In this document: piece by piece, positions 1 through 10,701 of the stretch
How the letters are laid out: every line of letters starts with the position of its first letter
How positions within the stretch are numbered: position 1 is the stretch's first letter
NCBI GenBank assembly: GCA_030700125.1
Contig: JAUYKE010000021.1
Location: forward strand, 2,492-66,491
Length of the DNA: 64,000 bases
Direction: 5' to 3'
Origin: Candidatus Colwellbacteria bacterium
GTDB lineage: Bacteria; Patescibacteriota; Minisyncoccia; UBA6257; Colwellbacteraceae
Position numbers and translations under genes: made by a program
The notes under the pieces: model-generated
The model's database searches: none
What the model was told of the DNA's origin: nothing
Seen by the model: only the letters and a program-made list of their open reading frames with translations

Positions 1-541
1 TAAAGGCAACGTTATTGATCCTTTGGGAGTAGCGGAGATTTATGGGACGGACGCCCTGCGGATGGCACTGACCGTCGGCAATATGCCCGGGAGTGATACG
101 GCTATCTCCGAAGACAAAATCCGAGGATACCGGAATTTTACGACCAAGATTTGGAATGCTTCGCGGTTTGTCATTTCAAGCTATGACAAAAAGCTGAAAG
201 TTAGACCAAGATATACAAAAGCTGATCGAGCACATTTAAAAAAGCTGCAAGAAATAAAGAAACAAGTAACAAGTGATTTGGAAAAATTTAGATTTCATCA
301 TGCCGCCGAAACTCTTTACCATTATTTCTGGCACACTTTTGCCGACAAGATTATTGAAGTAAATAAATCACGTTTGCAGGGAGACGATTTGGCGGACAGG
401 GCGGCGGCCCAAGCGGCACTTTTAGAGATTCTTGAAGAGAATCTAAAGATGCTCCATCCTTTTATGCCATATGTCACCGAAGAGATCTGGGCTAGATTGC
501 CTCATAAGCCACGGGGTATGCTCATGATTGAAAAATGGTAA
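1..541 (+). CDS. valS: valyl-tRNA synthetase, C-terminal fragment (5' end outside window)
   Basis: In-frame continuation upstream of the listed ORF (KGNVIDPLGVAEIYGTDALRMAL... class-I aaRS 'GxDALR' region plus anticodon-binding/coiled-coil tail); no upstream stop in frame to position 2. Confidence 0.7.
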   Translation, partial: KGNVIDPLGVAEIYGTDALRMALTVGNMPGSDTAISEDKIRGYRNFTTKIWNASRFVISSYDKKLKVRPRYTKADRAHLKKLQEIKKQVTSDLEKFRFHHAAETLYHYFWHTFADKIIEVNKSRLQGDDLADRAAAQAALLEILEENLKMLHPFMPYVTEEIWARLPHKPRGMLMIEKW

Positions 542-1206
542 TTATTCCTTCGATTTTAGGTCTTCTCCCGGCAGTTCTCTGGCTTATTTTCTTTCTCCGC
601 GAAGATGCTACTCGGCCGGAACCGAAAAGAATGATTATTTATGTGTTTATCGGCGGGGCTTTGGCAGCTGGCGTATCGGTTATCCCTGAATTTTATCTCC
701 AAAAATATTTTCCTCCCTCAATCGGCGAGCCGTCTTATGCCTCCCCACTTCTCGCAGCATTTGCTTTTATTGAAGAGCTTACTAAGTTCCTGATTGTTTA
801 CCTCATTATTAAGAAAAGTAAATATTTTGACGAAGGGGTGGATGGAATGATTTACATGATTACCGCCGGACTGGGATTCGCTGCGGTGGAGAACATATTG
901 AATTTAATCGGCGCTGAGTCGGTCTTTGAAACCTTTACCTTAAGAGCAATCGGAGCAACCTTGCTTCACGCCATGGCAAGCGGCATCCTCGGTTTTCACT
1001 GGGTTAGAGGGTACCTTATCCCGGGGATTGTGGCAGCCACCCTGCTTCACTGGGGATTCAATTACCTCGTTCTTCTTTTTCAAAATATAGAAATCTATAC
1101 TACGGGGTTGCTGCTTCTTGCCGCCATTTTTCTCTTTCATGATTTTGAAATCCTAAAAGCCCGAGACCGAATGATGGCTCGACTCAGACGCCCCCAGCAA
1201 CAATAG
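535..1206 (+). CDS. PrsW-family intramembrane protease (membrane protein)
   Basis: Multi-TM 223 aa; motifs FIEELTKF (EExxK), AAVENILN (FxxxN), HAMASGILGFHW (H-motif) typical of PrsW/CPBP-like proteases. Confidence 0.6.
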   Translation: MVIIPSILGLLPAVLWLIFFLREDATRPEPKRMIIYVFIGGALAAGVSVIPEFYLQKYFPPSIGEPSYASPLLAAFAFIEELTKFLIVYLIIKKSKYFDEGVDGMIYMITAGLGFAAVENILNLIGAESVFETFTLRAIGATLLHAMASGILGFHWVRGYLIPGIVAATLLHWGFNYLVLLFQNIEIYTTGLLLLAAIFLFHDFEILKARDRMMARLRRPQQQ

Positions 1207-1212
1207 TGTATA

Positions 1213-1251
1213 ACCCCGCACCTTTTCAAACAAAAAGGTGCGGGGTATAAT
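1213..1251. promoter_or_regulatory. 14-bp perfect inverted repeat (ACCCCGCACCTTTT-caaaca-AAAAGGTGCGGGGT) fused to a TATAAT box, immediately upstream of hsp20; terminator for prsW and/or operator/promoter of hsp20
   Basis: Seen directly; TATAAT at ~1246-1251, ATG of hsp20 at 1266. Confidence 0.5.
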
Positions 1252-1265
1252 ATTTCCATAAGACC

Positions 1266-1703
1266 ATGTTTAATAAACTTTTTGGTAAGCCCGGAAAATT
1301 AGAAACAAATAAGCTACGAGCTAAAGAAAGTGATCTGCCGGAAACGGGCATCGCTGAAGAAATGGAGGGGCAGCTGGCAATTGACGTTTATCAAACACCG
1401 GATGAAGTTGTCGTTGAGTCAACTATTGCCGGAGTTAGGATTGCCGATCTTGATATTGATGTTTCAAGCGAAAAGATAACGGTTAGAGGGGAACGTCATC
1501 GCGACAGTAAAATCGCCGGCCATGATTATTTCTGGCAAGAATGTTTCTGGGGAAAGTTTTCTCGTTCCGTTATTCTCCCTGAAGAAATTGATCCTGATAG
1601 GGCTCACTTCACACTAAAAAGAGGAGTGCTCACAATTCACCTGCCAAAAGTTCATAAAGACAGGGTAAGGAAAATCGAGGGGAAAGAGATCAAAGACGAC
1701 TAA
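1266..1703 (+). CDS. Hsp20/alpha-crystallin family small heat-shock protein
   Basis: 145 aa; AIDVYQT...VRGER...LTIHLPK alpha-crystallin domain pattern. Confidence 0.8.
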   Translation: MFNKLFGKPGKLETNKLRAKESDLPETGIAEEMEGQLAIDVYQTPDEVVVESTIAGVRIADLDIDVSSEKITVRGERHRDSKIAGHDYFWQECFWGKFSRSVILPEEIDPDRAHFTLKRGVLTIHLPKVHKDRVRKIEGKEIKDD

Positions 1704-1763
1704 AGCCCGCTGCTCCACAGCGGGAAATCCCAAATTACAAAATCCAAGTTACAAACCGTTTTG

Positions 1764-2573
1764 TTATTTGGTGCTTGGATCTTGGTGCTTTGAATGGGAA
1801 ATTCTATCAATGAAATTTCCCATGAGCTGGTGGGCTTTGCCTGCGTGCTTATCTACGGTAAAAACGTGATAAGAATTTTCAAAAAAGACGAGCTCTTTCT
1901 CTTTGGAACCGACGTTATCATAAAGATATTCCGAGCTTTTGGGCAGGACGATGCTATCCGGTCTTGAATGCATTATGAGAATTGGCGCCGTGATTTTAGG
2001 GATGATTTTCTTGGTGGGGGAAGTCATTCTAGAGGCTTCCAGTATGCTTCTTGGCGGAAATTCAGCATAATGTACTTTCTTCTGGGCAACTTCCCTATCT
2101 TCCCTCCTGCGATACATTTTCTTGAGCAATTTCCGATTTCTTAAAATCCAATAGAGGACTCTGATTATTACTCGCCATCGCAGTTTAGTAAAAATCGGTG
2201 TTCCCATGGCAATAATACCTTCGACTTCTCTTTTTTGAGAAAGATTTAAAGCCAGAAGGGAGCCGGTGGACATTCCGCCGACAACAATTTCGGAGGCATA
2301 TTGCGAGAACCAATCGTAAGCTCCGCAAACATCCTCCAGCCAATCCTCCCACTTTAAGCCGATTAAATCGCGCGGTTCTGTCCCGTGCCCCCGGAGAAGC
2401 GGAGCGTATACCGAATAGCCGAGACCGTTTAGATAATTAGCTGTGTTGCGAAGCTCTTGAGGGGTGGATGACCAACCGTGAATTAATAAGACGCCGGTTT
2501 TTTTGCTACCTTTCAAAAAAATCGGCTCTCCGCCTTTGAGAATTTCTTTATTAGTCCAAAGTGGGGGTTTCAC
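1764..2573 (-). CDS. alpha/beta-fold hydrolase (esterase/lipase-like)
   Basis: VLLIHGW...HG motif, GMSTG nucleophile elbow (GxSxG), 269 aa. Confidence 0.7.
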   Translation of the reverse strand: MKPPLWTNKEILKGGEPIFLKGSKKTGVLLIHGWSSTPQELRNTANYLNGLGYSVYAPLLRGHGTEPRDLIGLKWEDWLEDVCGAYDWFSQYASEIVVGGMSTGSLLALNLSQKREVEGIIAMGTPIFTKLRWRVIIRVLYWILRNRKLLKKMYRRREDREVAQKKVHYAEFPPRSILEASRMTSPTKKIIPKITAPILIMHSRPDSIVLPKSSEYLYDNVGSKEKELVFFENSYHVFTVDKHAGKAHQLMGNFIDRISHSKHQDPSTK

Positions 2574-2706
2574 TTTATCTGATACTTAATTTCCTCAAGC
2601 CCAATTTTCCCCAAAATGGCGACGAGGGCGGCAAAGACAGCGGCTAAGAGAGCATAAATAATCCAGGCAGGCATAAGCTTAATAATACCAGATTGATTTT
2701 ATTCTG

Positions 2707-2778
2707 TGCGCGCTCGAGGTATCGAACCCCGGACCTACTCGGTGTAAACGAGTCGCTCTACCACTGAGCTAAGCGCGC
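2707..2778 (-). tRNA. tRNA-Val (anticodon TAC)
   Basis: Cloverleaf on minus strand: GCGCGCT-TA-GCTCAGTGGTAGAGC-...anticodon loop TTTACAC...-GGTTCGATACC; no encoded CCA. Confidence 0.8.
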
Positions 2779-2781
2779 CCT

Positions 2782-2856
2782 TGGTCGGCCCGGTAGGACT
2801 CGAACCTACAACCGCCAAGATATAAGCTTGGTGCACTGCCATTGTGCTACGGGCCG
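2782..2856 (-). tRNA. tRNA-Ile (anticodon TAT, reads AUA) with encoded CCA
   Basis: CGGCCCG-TA-GCACAATGGCAGTGC-A-CCAAG-CTTATAT-CTTGG-...-GTAGGTTCGAGTCCTAC-CGGGCCG-A-CCA; anticodon loop gives UAU. Confidence 0.7.
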
Positions 2857-2871
2857 CACTTCAGGTTCAGA

Positions 2872-4728
2872 TTATGCCTTAATCCCTCTTAGTTTAAAAG
2901 GCTTAATAATGGCGTAGAATTCTTCTTGTTCCAGCACCTCTTTTTCAATAAGCGCCCTAGCTATCGCTTTAAGTGCCGCCTTGTTTTTAGTGACAATTTG
3001 GACCGCTTTTCTGTAGGCATTATCAATAAAACTTCTGACTTCTCTATCAATTTCCGCCGCTACTTCCTCTGAATAATTTTTTTCGGTTGTAATCTCTCTT
3101 CCCAAGAATATCAGATCCTCGGTCTTGCCAAAAGTTAAAGGGCCCATTTTTTCACTCATGCCGTATCGGGTAACAAGCCGCCGGGCTAAAGTTGACGCTT
3201 GCTTTAGATCGTTCGAAGCGCCGGTCGTAATCTCTTTAAACATTATTTTTTCCGAAGCGTAGCCGCCGAGCATCATCGCTAAATCAGCCAAGAACTGCGA
3301 TTTGGTAACAAGCCGCCGGTCTTCCAAGGGTAAATTAATGGTATATCCTCCGGCCTGCCCGCGGGCAATGATTGAAACTTTGCTTATCGGATCGGCGTCT
3401 TTCAAGCCGGCCGCGACAAGCGCGTGGCCGGCTTCGTGGTAGGCCGTAATCTCTTTTTCTTTATCTGAGACTATGCGGCTTCGCCTCGCCGGCCCTAAAA
3501 TAACTTTTTCAATTGATTCATAAAGCTGAAGCTGGCCGACCTCGGTATGCTTTTCCTGAACAGCGAGAATCGCCGCCTCGTTAACAAGATTTGCCAGATC
3601 AGCGCCGGAAAAACCGGGAGTTCTCGCCGCCACCCTGGAGAAATCAACGTCTTTTGCCAAGGGCTTACCTTTGGCGTGAATCTTTAAAATTTCTTCCCGC
3701 TCCCTAATGTCCGGCAGATCAAGCACCACCCTTCGGTCAAACCGCCCAGGGCGCAAGAGTGCCGCGTCAAGCACGTCAGGCCGATTGGTTGCCGCGAGCA
3801 CTATCACTCTGGTGCCCTGATCGAAGCCGTCCATTTCAACCAAAATTTGGTTTAGGGTCTGCTCCCTCTCATCATGTCCACCGCCTAAGCCGGCGCCTCT
3901 TTCCCGGCCAACCGCGTCAATTTCATCGATAAAGAGGATGGAAGGAGCCGCCTTTTTAGCTGTTAAAAAGGCGTCCCGAGTCCGGCTAGCTCCAACTCCG
4001 ACAAACATCTCTACGAACTCTGATGCCGAAATGTGAAAGAATGGCACCCCGCTCTCACCCGCGACTGCCCTCGCCAACAACGTCTTTCCGGTTCCCGGCG
4101 GCCCCATCAAAAGTACGCCGCGAGGGATTTTGGCTCCCATCTCAGTGTATTTTTTCGGCTCCTTCAGAAAATCAACAATCTCTTCAAGTTCTTTTTTGGC
4201 TTCTTTTAGGCCGGCCACGTCAGCAAAAGTAGTCTTCTCTTTTTGGCCGCCGAATAGATGAACGTTCGCTCGCCCAAAAGTGAAGGCTTGGTTAACTCCG
4301 GTTTTGGCTTGCCGAATGAGAAACCAGAAGATGGCCACGATAAAAATCAGGGGCAAAAGAGCCGGAAGAATAATGCTTAGCCAAAAGCCAATCCCCGATT
4401 GTTCTTTTGATTCTATTCCCACCCCGCCCAAAGCCTCGGGCGCGACCCCGTAGTTAACAAGGGTTTGGGTCAAGCCGGCTTCAACCTCCTTTTTGGAAAC
4501 GAGCTTCTCGCCGTTTTTAAGTTCAATTTTCAAGTTGTCTCCGGCGACTATAATCTTCATCACCTCACCGGCGGTGATCTTGTGAGCCAGTTCAGTAATA
4601 TTAATCGTTGCCGGTTCGTCCCGGGTTTCGTAAATCAAAGAGGAAACAAAAGCCAGCGCAATTAGCGCGATAACCACCCGAATGATGCCCCGATAAAATA
4701 TTTTTTTGTTGGGACCCTGGTCCTTCAT
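2872..4728 (-). CDS. ftsH: ATP-dependent zinc metalloprotease FtsH
   Basis: AAA+ Walker [24 protein letters not shown] region, HEAGHALVA zinc motif; start set at internal Met (MKDQG...) to avoid overlap with next gene; upstream Arg-rich extension in the ORF track unlikely. Confidence 0.9.
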   Translation of the reverse strand: MKDQGPNKKIFYRGIIRVVIALIALAFVSSLIYETRDEPATINITELAHKITAGEVMKIIVAGDNLKIELKNGEKLVSKKEVEAGLTQTLVNYGVAPEALGGVGIESKEQSGIGFWLSIILPALLPLIFIVAIFWFLIRQAKTGVNQAFTFGRANVHLFGGQKEKTTFADVAGLKEAKKELEEIVDFLKEPKKYTEMGAKIPRGVLLMGPPGTGKTLLARAVAGESGVPFFHISASEFVEMFVGVGASRTRDAFLTAKKAAPSILFIDEIDAVGRERGAGLGGGHDEREQTLNQILVEMDGFDQGTRVIVLAATNRPDVLDAALLRPGRFDRRVVLDLPDIREREEILKIHAKGKPLAKDVDFSRVAARTPGFSGADLANLVNEAAILAVQEKHTEVGQLQLYESIEKVILGPARRSRIVSDKEKEITAYHEAGHALVAAGLKDADPISKVSIIARGQAGGYTINLPLEDRRLVTKSQFLADLAMMLGGYASEKIMFKEITTGASNDLKQASTLARRLVTRYGMSEKMGPLTFGKTEDLIFLGREITTEKNYSEEVAAEIDREVRSFIDNAYRKAVQIVTKNKAALKAIARALIEKEVLEQEEFYAIIKPFKLRGIKA

Positions 4729-4738
4729 GGACTTAAAA

Positions 4739-5944
4739 TTATTCAACCGCCACCGGAGGCTCTCCAATTGACGTGGCCTGCCCCGGCGGCGTCTTCGAGG
4801 TAAGTTTAAGAATAATCCTTTTTTCATCGGGCTTAACGGAGTCAATCAGAAACTCGTAGGATTTGCCCGGCTCGAGATTTTTCTTTAATTCCTCCACCGA
4901 GCCAAACTCGGAGACATGAATCAGTCCCATAATATCCTGGTCAAGCTTAATAAAAGCGCCGAAAGGATTAAGTTTGTGAACGATTCCATGCACCGTCACT
5001 CCTTCCTTGAAACGTTCACTCACTTTCTCCCAGGGGTTTGGTTGGAGAGTTTTGATTGAAAGGGATACTCGGCCGTCTTTGATCTCAATAATTTTGGCTT
5101 GAACCATATCGCCGATTGCCACTACTTCCTTAGGGTGGTCAATTATATTATGGCTTAGTTCAGAGATGTGAATCAGTCCTTCGATTTCGGGATTGTCGGC
5201 AAAACGGGCAAAAGCGCCGAAATTAGCCACCCCGGAGATAATCCCCGAAACAACTTGCCCTACCGAATACTGGACTAAGAGTTCCTTCACATTCTCGGTT
5301 ACCACTTCTCTCTCGGAAACTATTAATTTATTGTTTCGCGGATTGACGTTAATGATCTTTACCGTGAGTTCGGTGCCGATGAACTGATTCAGGGTCTCTA
5401 GTATCTTCTGGCGATTGCCGTCGGCGTTTTGAGGATAATGCTCGTTGGAGAGTTGAGAGGCCGGTAAAAAGGCCTGAAGACCGGCAATGGCGGAAATCAA
5501 CCCGCCGGTATTAGCCGCCGTAATCTGAACTTTAATCGGTTCTCCCTGATCCTTTAGTTCTTTGACTTCCTGCCAAGCCTTCTGTTTGCCTGCTTCGGTC
5601 AAAGATAATTCTACAAACCCCTCGTCGTTTTCCGGGGCAAGCACCTTAGCGGTTACGACCTCGCCGATCTCAAGTTTTTTTAGAATTCCTTTGGCATTTA
5701 AAAATTCCACTCCATAGACAATACCGGTTCCGATTTTGGGAATTTCAAAATAGGCCGCCCGGCCGCCCCTCTCCATTAGGGAAACATCAACAAGATCGCC
5801 TTCCTTAAGAAGAATCATGAGCGAGGGGTTCGCTTTGAGCATTTGCAGTTCTAGATGATTACCGTTCTTTTGCATTGCTTGGAGATTATAGAGAAATGGA
5901 TTTGTGTCTGCAAGTTTCAGAAGCTTGTCGAAAGCCCCAATCAT
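4739..5944 (-). CDS. S1 RNA-binding domain protein (ribosomal protein S1-like, ~4 S1 repeats)
   Basis: Repeated S1-domain signatures (G.V.G.V..F.L......GLIH.SE). Confidence 0.75.
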   Translation of the reverse strand: MIGAFDKLLKLADTNPFLYNLQAMQKNGNHLELQMLKANPSLMILLKEGDLVDVSLMERGGRAAYFEIPKIGTGIVYGVEFLNAKGILKKLEIGEVVTAKVLAPENDEGFVELSLTEAGKQKAWQEVKELKDQGEPIKVQITAANTGGLISAIAGLQAFLPASQLSNEHYPQNADGNRQKILETLNQFIGTELTVKIINVNPRNNKLIVSEREVVTENVKELLVQYSVGQVVSGIISGVANFGAFARFADNPEIEGLIHISELSHNIIDHPKEVVAIGDMVQAKIIEIKDGRVSLSIKTLQPNPWEKVSERFKEGVTVHGIVHKLNPFGAFIKLDQDIMGLIHVSEFGSVEELKKNLEPGKSYEFLIDSVKPDEKRIILKLTSKTPPGQATSIGEPPVAVE

Positions 5945-5961
5945 CCGGTAAAATTAATTGG

Positions 5962-6531
5962 ATGATAGTGAGCTTATCGTCTCCTGGCTGTAAGTGCCAA
6001 GTGGGAGACTTTGTTATGTTTGTTGACCCCGCCTCCGACAGGAAGGCCGATTTAATTTTGAAAACCAAAACTGACTTGCCGATCGGCTTCCCTCTTTCGC
6101 CGGAAGTTGTCGCCGGATCCGGTGAATATGAGATCGGAGGAGTGAGAGTGAAGGGTATGAGTTTAGAGAACGAAGCTAACGGCCAAACCATAAGGACGAT
6201 TTATGCGGTTCTACTTGAAGGAGTCAAGCTCGCCTTTCTGGGGGAGCTCCAAGACGAACCTGACGAAGAATCCTTAGGTAAATTGGGGAAAGCTGATATT
6301 CTATTTCTCTCGGCTGACTCAGGTAAGCTAAAAGCCAAACAACTCACCTCCCTCATTAAGCAAATTGATCCCAAAATTATCATTCCGATTAGCGATAAAA
6401 CAGCGAAATTGCTGGCTGAAGAGTTGGGGCAGAAGGTCAAAGCGGAAGAAAAATTAGTTATCAAGAAGAAGGATTTAGATAAAGAGCAAATTGTAAGTAA
6501 ATTAGTATGGCTAAAGAGCGGGACGAAATAA
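5962..6531 (+). CDS. hypothetical protein (weak resemblance to MBL-fold hydrolase segment, lacks HxHxDH)
   Basis: ORF; start moved to internal Met to avoid overlap with S1 gene; 3' end overlaps gyrA start by 25 nt. Confidence 0.4.
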   Translation: MIVSLSSPGCKCQVGDFVMFVDPASDRKADLILKTKTDLPIGFPLSPEVVAGSGEYEIGGVRVKGMSLENEANGQTIRTIYAVLLEGVKLAFLGELQDEPDEESLGKLGKADILFLSADSGKLKAKQLTSLIKQIDPKIIIPISDKTAKLLAEELGQKVKAEEKLVIKKKDLDKEQIVSKLVWLKSGTK

Positions 6532-8942
6532 ACAGAGGAGGCAAAATTGAGCCGAGAGAAATTACCGCGGAGTTGCGCGAGTCCTATTTGGATTATGCGA
6601 TGTCGGTTATCGTCGGTCGCGCCTTGCCCGACGTTCGAGACGGCCTAAAACCGGTTCACCGCCGGATTTTATGGGCAATGCAGGAGCTGGGATTAACTGC
6701 CGGCAGCAAATTTATGAAGTCCGCAAGAGTGGTTGGTGAAACTATGGGTAAATTCCATCCGCACGGGGATGCGGCGGTCTACGACGCCTTGGTAAGAATG
6801 GCCCAGCCGTTCTCATTACGTTATCCGCTTATTACCGGACAAGGAAATTTTGGGAGTGTTGATGGGGATGGAGCTGCGGCACAAAGGTATACCGAGGTAA
6901 AATTATCTCCAATCGCCGAAGAGCTTTTAACCGATATTGATAAAGATACCGTTGATTTCGCCCCTAACTACGACGACTCTCGCAAAGAGCCGGTAGTAAT
7001 GCCGGCCAAATTCCCCAATCTCTTAGTGAACGGTTCCGAGGGAATTGCCGTAGGAATGGCGACTAAAATTCCGCCCCACAACCTAAGCGAGGTAATTAAC
7101 GCCAGCATCCACTTGATTGATAGTCCGAAAGCTACCGCCGAGGAGCTAATGGGGTTTGTCCAAGGACCGGACTTTCCCACCGGCGGGATAATTTACGACC
7201 GGAAGGCAATTGTCGAGGCCTACATTTCCGGCCGGGGTAGTGTCACATGCCGAGCTACGGTTGAGGTTGAAGAGAAAAGAATCGTTATTAGCGAAATTCC
7301 TTACCAGGTTAACAAATCCGAACTTATCATACGGATGGCCGAGCTTGTCCAGGAGAAGCGAATTGAAGGGATTAGGGATCTTCGAGATGAATCCGATAAA
7401 GATGGATTGCGAATTACGATTGATCTGAAGTCCGATTCCGTCCCGGAAAAAGTATTAAACCAGCTCTGGCGGCATACCGACCTCCAGAAGGACTACCATC
7501 TAAACATGGTGGCCCTAGCTGAAGGGCTCCAACCCCAGACAATGTCCATTCGGGACGTTCTCTTGGGTTTTGTTCTACACCGCAAGGAAGTCGTCACTCG
7601 CCGAACCAAGTTTGAACTAAAGCGAGCCGAAGAGCGGGCCCATATTTTAGAGGGACTAGCCAAGGCCTTATCTCAAATTGATAAAGTGATTGCCGCCATT
7701 AAAAAATCGGCTGATAGAGCCGAGGCCCACACGAATTTAATAAAGCAGTTTGATTTAAGTGACCGCCAGGCAACGGCCATATTAGAAATGCGGCTCCAAA
7801 CCTTGGCGGCTCTCGAGCGGCAAAAGATTGCGGATGAGTTAAAAGAGAAACTCCAATTAATTAAGGACTTGAAGCTTCTTTTGAAGAGTCCGGAAAAAAT
7901 TCTGGGAATCATCAAAAGAGAATTGAAAGAACTTGATAGCCGTTTTGGCGACGAGCGCCGCACCAAATTGAAGGTCGGCGCGTTGAAAGAGTTGGCGGAT
8001 GAAGACATGATTCCTCAAGAAGAGGCGATTATCACGCAGACCCACGACGGCTACATTAAGCGTCTGCCCCCCGGAACTTTCAAGCATCAGCGGCGAGGAG
8101 GCAAAGGCGTGAAAGGTGGAATCACCAATGAAGCTGATGTTTTGACGCACTTCATCGGCGCCCATACCCACGATGATATTCTCTTCTTTACCGACAAAGG
8201 ACGTGTTTTTCAAACAAAAGTCTACGAAATCCCGTCCGCTTCGCGCGTGAGCAAAGGTCAGATGATTCATAATTTCTTGGGTATTCCAGCCAACGAAAAG
8301 GTTAGCGCTATTGTAGCTTACGGCAGCGAAGAGAAGAAAAACAACCCTTATTTAGTGATTGTCACCGCCGGCGGAGTAATAAAGAAAACCGGGCTTGATA
8401 AATTTGAGAATGTCCGGCGAAGCGGCATCCTCGCCGTGAACCTTAGTAAAGGAGATGAACTGAAGTGGGCCAAGCTCGCCGGGCCCAAGGACGAGATTGT
8501 GATGACTACCGCGGCAGGCCGGGCAATCAGATTTAAGGGAGGGGACGTAAGAGCTATGGGGAGGACGGCCGGAGGTGTCAGGGGCATCACTTTGAAAAAA
8601 GACGACAGAGTCAGTTCCTTTGACTTGGTGGCACCGATGAAAGCTGCGAGGTTCCTCACGGTGATGGTAAATGGATACGCTAAGCAAACCCCGCTTAAGG
8701 AATACAAGCTTCAGCGGCGCGGCGGTCAGGGGATTTTAACCGCCAAAGTGACCAGCAAAACCGGTCAAGTAGTTTCAGCTCATGTTATAATTGAACAGAC
8801 TGAACTGTTAGCGCTTTCAGCCAAGGGATTGGTGTTGCGCACAAGCATTAAAAGTATTAGATCTGCCGGCCGAGCCACCCAAGGAGTGCGTATCATGAAG
8901 CTCGGCGCCGGCGATAAAATTATCGGAACAGTTTGTCTTTAG
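6507..8942 (+). CDS. gyrA: DNA gyrase subunit A
   Basis: N-terminus ...[33 protein letters not shown] near-identical to canonical GyrA; 811 aa with C-terminal beta-pinwheel repeats. Confidence 0.95.
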   Translation: MAKERDEINRGGKIEPREITAELRESYLDYAMSVIVGRALPDVRDGLKPVHRRILWAMQELGLTAGSKFMKSARVVGETMGKFHPHGDAAVYDALVRMAQPFSLRYPLITGQGNFGSVDGDGAAAQRYTEVKLSPIAEELLTDIDKDTVDFAPNYDDSRKEPVVMPAKFPNLLVNGSEGIAVGMATKIPPHNLSEVINASIHLIDSPKATAEELMGFVQGPDFPTGGIIYDRKAIVEAYISGRGSVTCRATVEVEEKRIVISEIPYQVNKSELIIRMAELVQEKRIEGIRDLRDESDKDGLRITIDLKSDSVPEKVLNQLWRHTDLQKDYHLNMVALAEGLQPQTMSIRDVLLGFVLHRKEVVTRRTKFELKRAEERAHILEGLAKALSQIDKVIAAIKKSADRAEAHTNLIKQFDLSDRQATAILEMRLQTLAALERQKIADELKEKLQLIKDLKLLLKSPEKILGIIKRELKELDSRFGDERRTKLKVGALKELADEDMIPQEEAIITQTHDGYIKRLPPGTFKHQRRGGKGVKGGITNEADVLTHFIGAHTHDDILFFTDKGRVFQTKVYEIPSASRVSKGQMIHNFLGIPANEKVSAIVAYGSEEKKNNPYLVIVTAGGVIKKTGLDKFENVRRSGILAVNLSKGDELKWAKLAGPKDEIVMTTAAGRAIRFKGGDVRAMGRTAGGVRGITLKKDDRVSSFDLVAPMKAARFLTVMVNGYAKQTPLKEYKLQRRGGQGILTAKVTSKTGQVVSAHVIIEQTELLALSAKGLVLRTSIKSIRSAGRATQGVRIMKLGAGDKIIGTVCL

Positions 8943-8999
8943 ACATCAGACAACAGTAATCAGACATCAGAAGCCCCAATTACTAATAACTATTAATTA

Positions 9000-10283
9000 A
9001 TGTCTTTTACTCGTCAGCAACTTATCTTCCTCGGCGTTGTCGGCGCCATTGTTTTAATATTTCTCATCATCTTTTTTGCTGGAGGCAGGAGATCATCAAC
9101 TGAGAGAGTAGAACTCACTGTTTGGGGAATAGATGACAAAGTAGCTTGGCGTGACACTATTTTTCAGTACCGAAGGCTCCACTCAAACGTCAGAATAGAA
9201 TATACCCAGATTGACCCGGAAAATTATGAGAAGGAACTTGTAAATGCCCTGGCTGCGGATCGAGGTCCGGACATTTTTATGTTTAACAGTCGCTGGCTTT
9301 ATAAGCACGGCGATAAAATTGCCGCTTTTCCCTCGGAGACGATGAGTCTTAGCGCCTTTAGTGAACTCTTCCCGAAAGTGGCGGAACAGGACTTTCTTTA
9401 TAATGGGCAAATTTATGCCCTGCCTCTTTCAGTCGATACCCTGGCTCTTGTTTACAACCGGGATATTTTTGATGGGCGAGGCGTGGCTCTATCGCCGAAG
9501 ACCTGGGAAGAATTCCAATCTCTTGTTCCCCGCTTGAGAACTATTAATAAACAAGGAAGCTTGACGCTTGCCGCTGCTTCAATCGGCGGCCCTTCAGAGA
9601 ATATACCGAATGCTGCTGATATTTTATCCCTTTTAATGTTCCAGGCAGGTGCCACTCAAACGGATGAAGAGCTTGGCACGACCAGGATTAATCCTAACAC
9701 GAAGGAGGGCGAAAACGCTCTTAGCTTTTATGCTCAATTCGCCAGTCCAACCAGTACTTACTATGCTTGGAGTAATTCTTTTGAATCCTCTACCGAATCT
9801 TTTGCCGAGGGTAAAACAGCAATGGTTTTCGTTTATGCCTACCAACTCCCCCGGATTAAGGAAAAAAATCCTTTTCTGGATTACGCTATTGCGCCAGCAC
9901 CGCAAATCAATCCCGATAACCCAATAAACATTGCCAACTATTGGGGATTGGCAGTTTCTACGAAAAGCTTAAGCCAAAACGTGGCCTGGGATTTTGTGAC
10001 GTTTGCTGCAACCGACAAGGATAATGCGGCCAATTATCTCAAGACTACCTCCCGCCCGCCGGCTTTGAGATCCCTAATCAATGATCATCTAAGTGATAAA
10101 GATCTTGGCGTTTTTGCCAGTCAGGCGTTAACCGCCAGAACTTGGTTTCAGGTTGATGATATAGCTTTTCAAAGGATTCTTAACGGGGCGATAAAAAGAG
10201 CGCTGGGAGGAGCCCCTCTCTATCAAGTTTTAAGGCAGGTCGATGCCGAAATAATCCAACTGGAAAGAGAGTTAACAAGATGA
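9000..10283 (+). CDS. extracellular solute-binding protein (ABC transporter family-1 SBP), N-terminal membrane anchor
   Basis: 427 aa; signal-anchor then typical sugar-type SBP pattern (LTVWG...DIFMFNSRWL...); no permease/ATPase adjacent. Confidence 0.7.
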   Translation: MSFTRQQLIFLGVVGAIVLIFLIIFFAGGRRSSTERVELTVWGIDDKVAWRDTIFQYRRLHSNVRIEYTQIDPENYEKELVNALAADRGPDIFMFNSRWLYKHGDKIAAFPSETMSLSAFSELFPKVAEQDFLYNGQIYALPLSVDTLALVYNRDIFDGRGVALSPKTWEEFQSLVPRLRTINKQGSLTLAAASIGGPSENIPNAADILSLLMFQAGATQTDEELGTTRINPNTKEGENALSFYAQFASPTSTYYAWSNSFESSTESFAEGKTAMVFVYAYQLPRIKEKNPFLDYAIAPAPQINPDNPINIANYWGLAVSTKSLSQNVAWDFVTFAATDKDNAANYLKTTSRPPALRSLINDHLSDKDLGVFASQALTARTWFQVDDIAFQRILNGAIKRALGGAPLYQVLRQVDAEIIQLERELTR

Positions 10284-10654
10284 CGGATTTCCTAAGCTTT
10301 ATAGGGGTAAAAATAGCGCTGGCGCAAGGGCTTGTCCCCAATTGCTCTCCGACTGAATGCGGGGAAGAGCAGCTTCTTCAATTAGGCGTAAATGTCATCA
10401 ATTTTATGATTCAGTTTCTCGCTTTCCCCCTCGTCGTTGTCTTTTTCCTTTGGGGCGGCTTTCTTCTTCTCACCTCCGGCGGTTCGCCTAACCGGGTAGA
10501 GCAGGGTAAAAAAGCGATCACTGGTGCTATTATCGGATTGGTGATTGTTCTCACTTCGGTGGTAGTGATTAACACCCTTCTTGGTACCTTTACTAGCTGC
10601 GAAGTCAAATTGAGCCAAATCGGTAAAGTTAATTGTCCAGGTATCACAGATTAG
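10280..10654 (+). CDS. small two-TM protein, T4SS-pilin-like (TrbC/VirB2-type 'pilin' fold candidate), paralog 1
   Basis: 124 aa; hydrophobic helix - WGGFLLLTSGGSPNRVEQGKKAITGAIIGLVIVL - second helix; ATGA start overlap with SBP gene. Confidence 0.5.
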   Translation: MTDFLSFIGVKIALAQGLVPNCSPTECGEEQLLQLGVNVINFMIQFLAFPLVVVFFLWGGFLLLTSGGSPNRVEQGKKAITGAIIGLVIVLTSVVVINTLLGTFTSCEVKLSQIGKVNCPGITD

Positions 10655-10701
10655 CAATTTGTTATTATGAAATTAAGCCTCCACCGCCATAAGAGATAAA
10701 A

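Noticed and set aside
4023-4665. ORFs 4023..4232 (+) and 4465..4665 (+) antisense within ftsH
   Set aside because: Embedded in the strongly supported ftsH coding region on the opposite strand, with low-complexity products.
2872-4845. FtsH N-terminal Arg-rich extension (track start 4845)
   Set aside because: It overlaps the stop of the upstream S1 gene by >100 nt. The canonical FtsH N-terminus (short cytoplasmic segment then TM1) begins at the internal Met at 4728.
5875-5961. Longer 5' extension of the hypothetical gene at 5962..6531 (the ORF track starts at 5875)
   Set aside because: It would overlap the start of the S1-domain gene on the opposite strand by 70 nt. The internal Met gives a compact arrangement.
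6968-8707. Several minus-strand ORFs inside gyrA (6968..7180, 7673..8008, 7857..8270, 8348..8707)
   Set aside because: Antisense to a near-certain gyrA reading frame; S/R/L-rich artefactual products.
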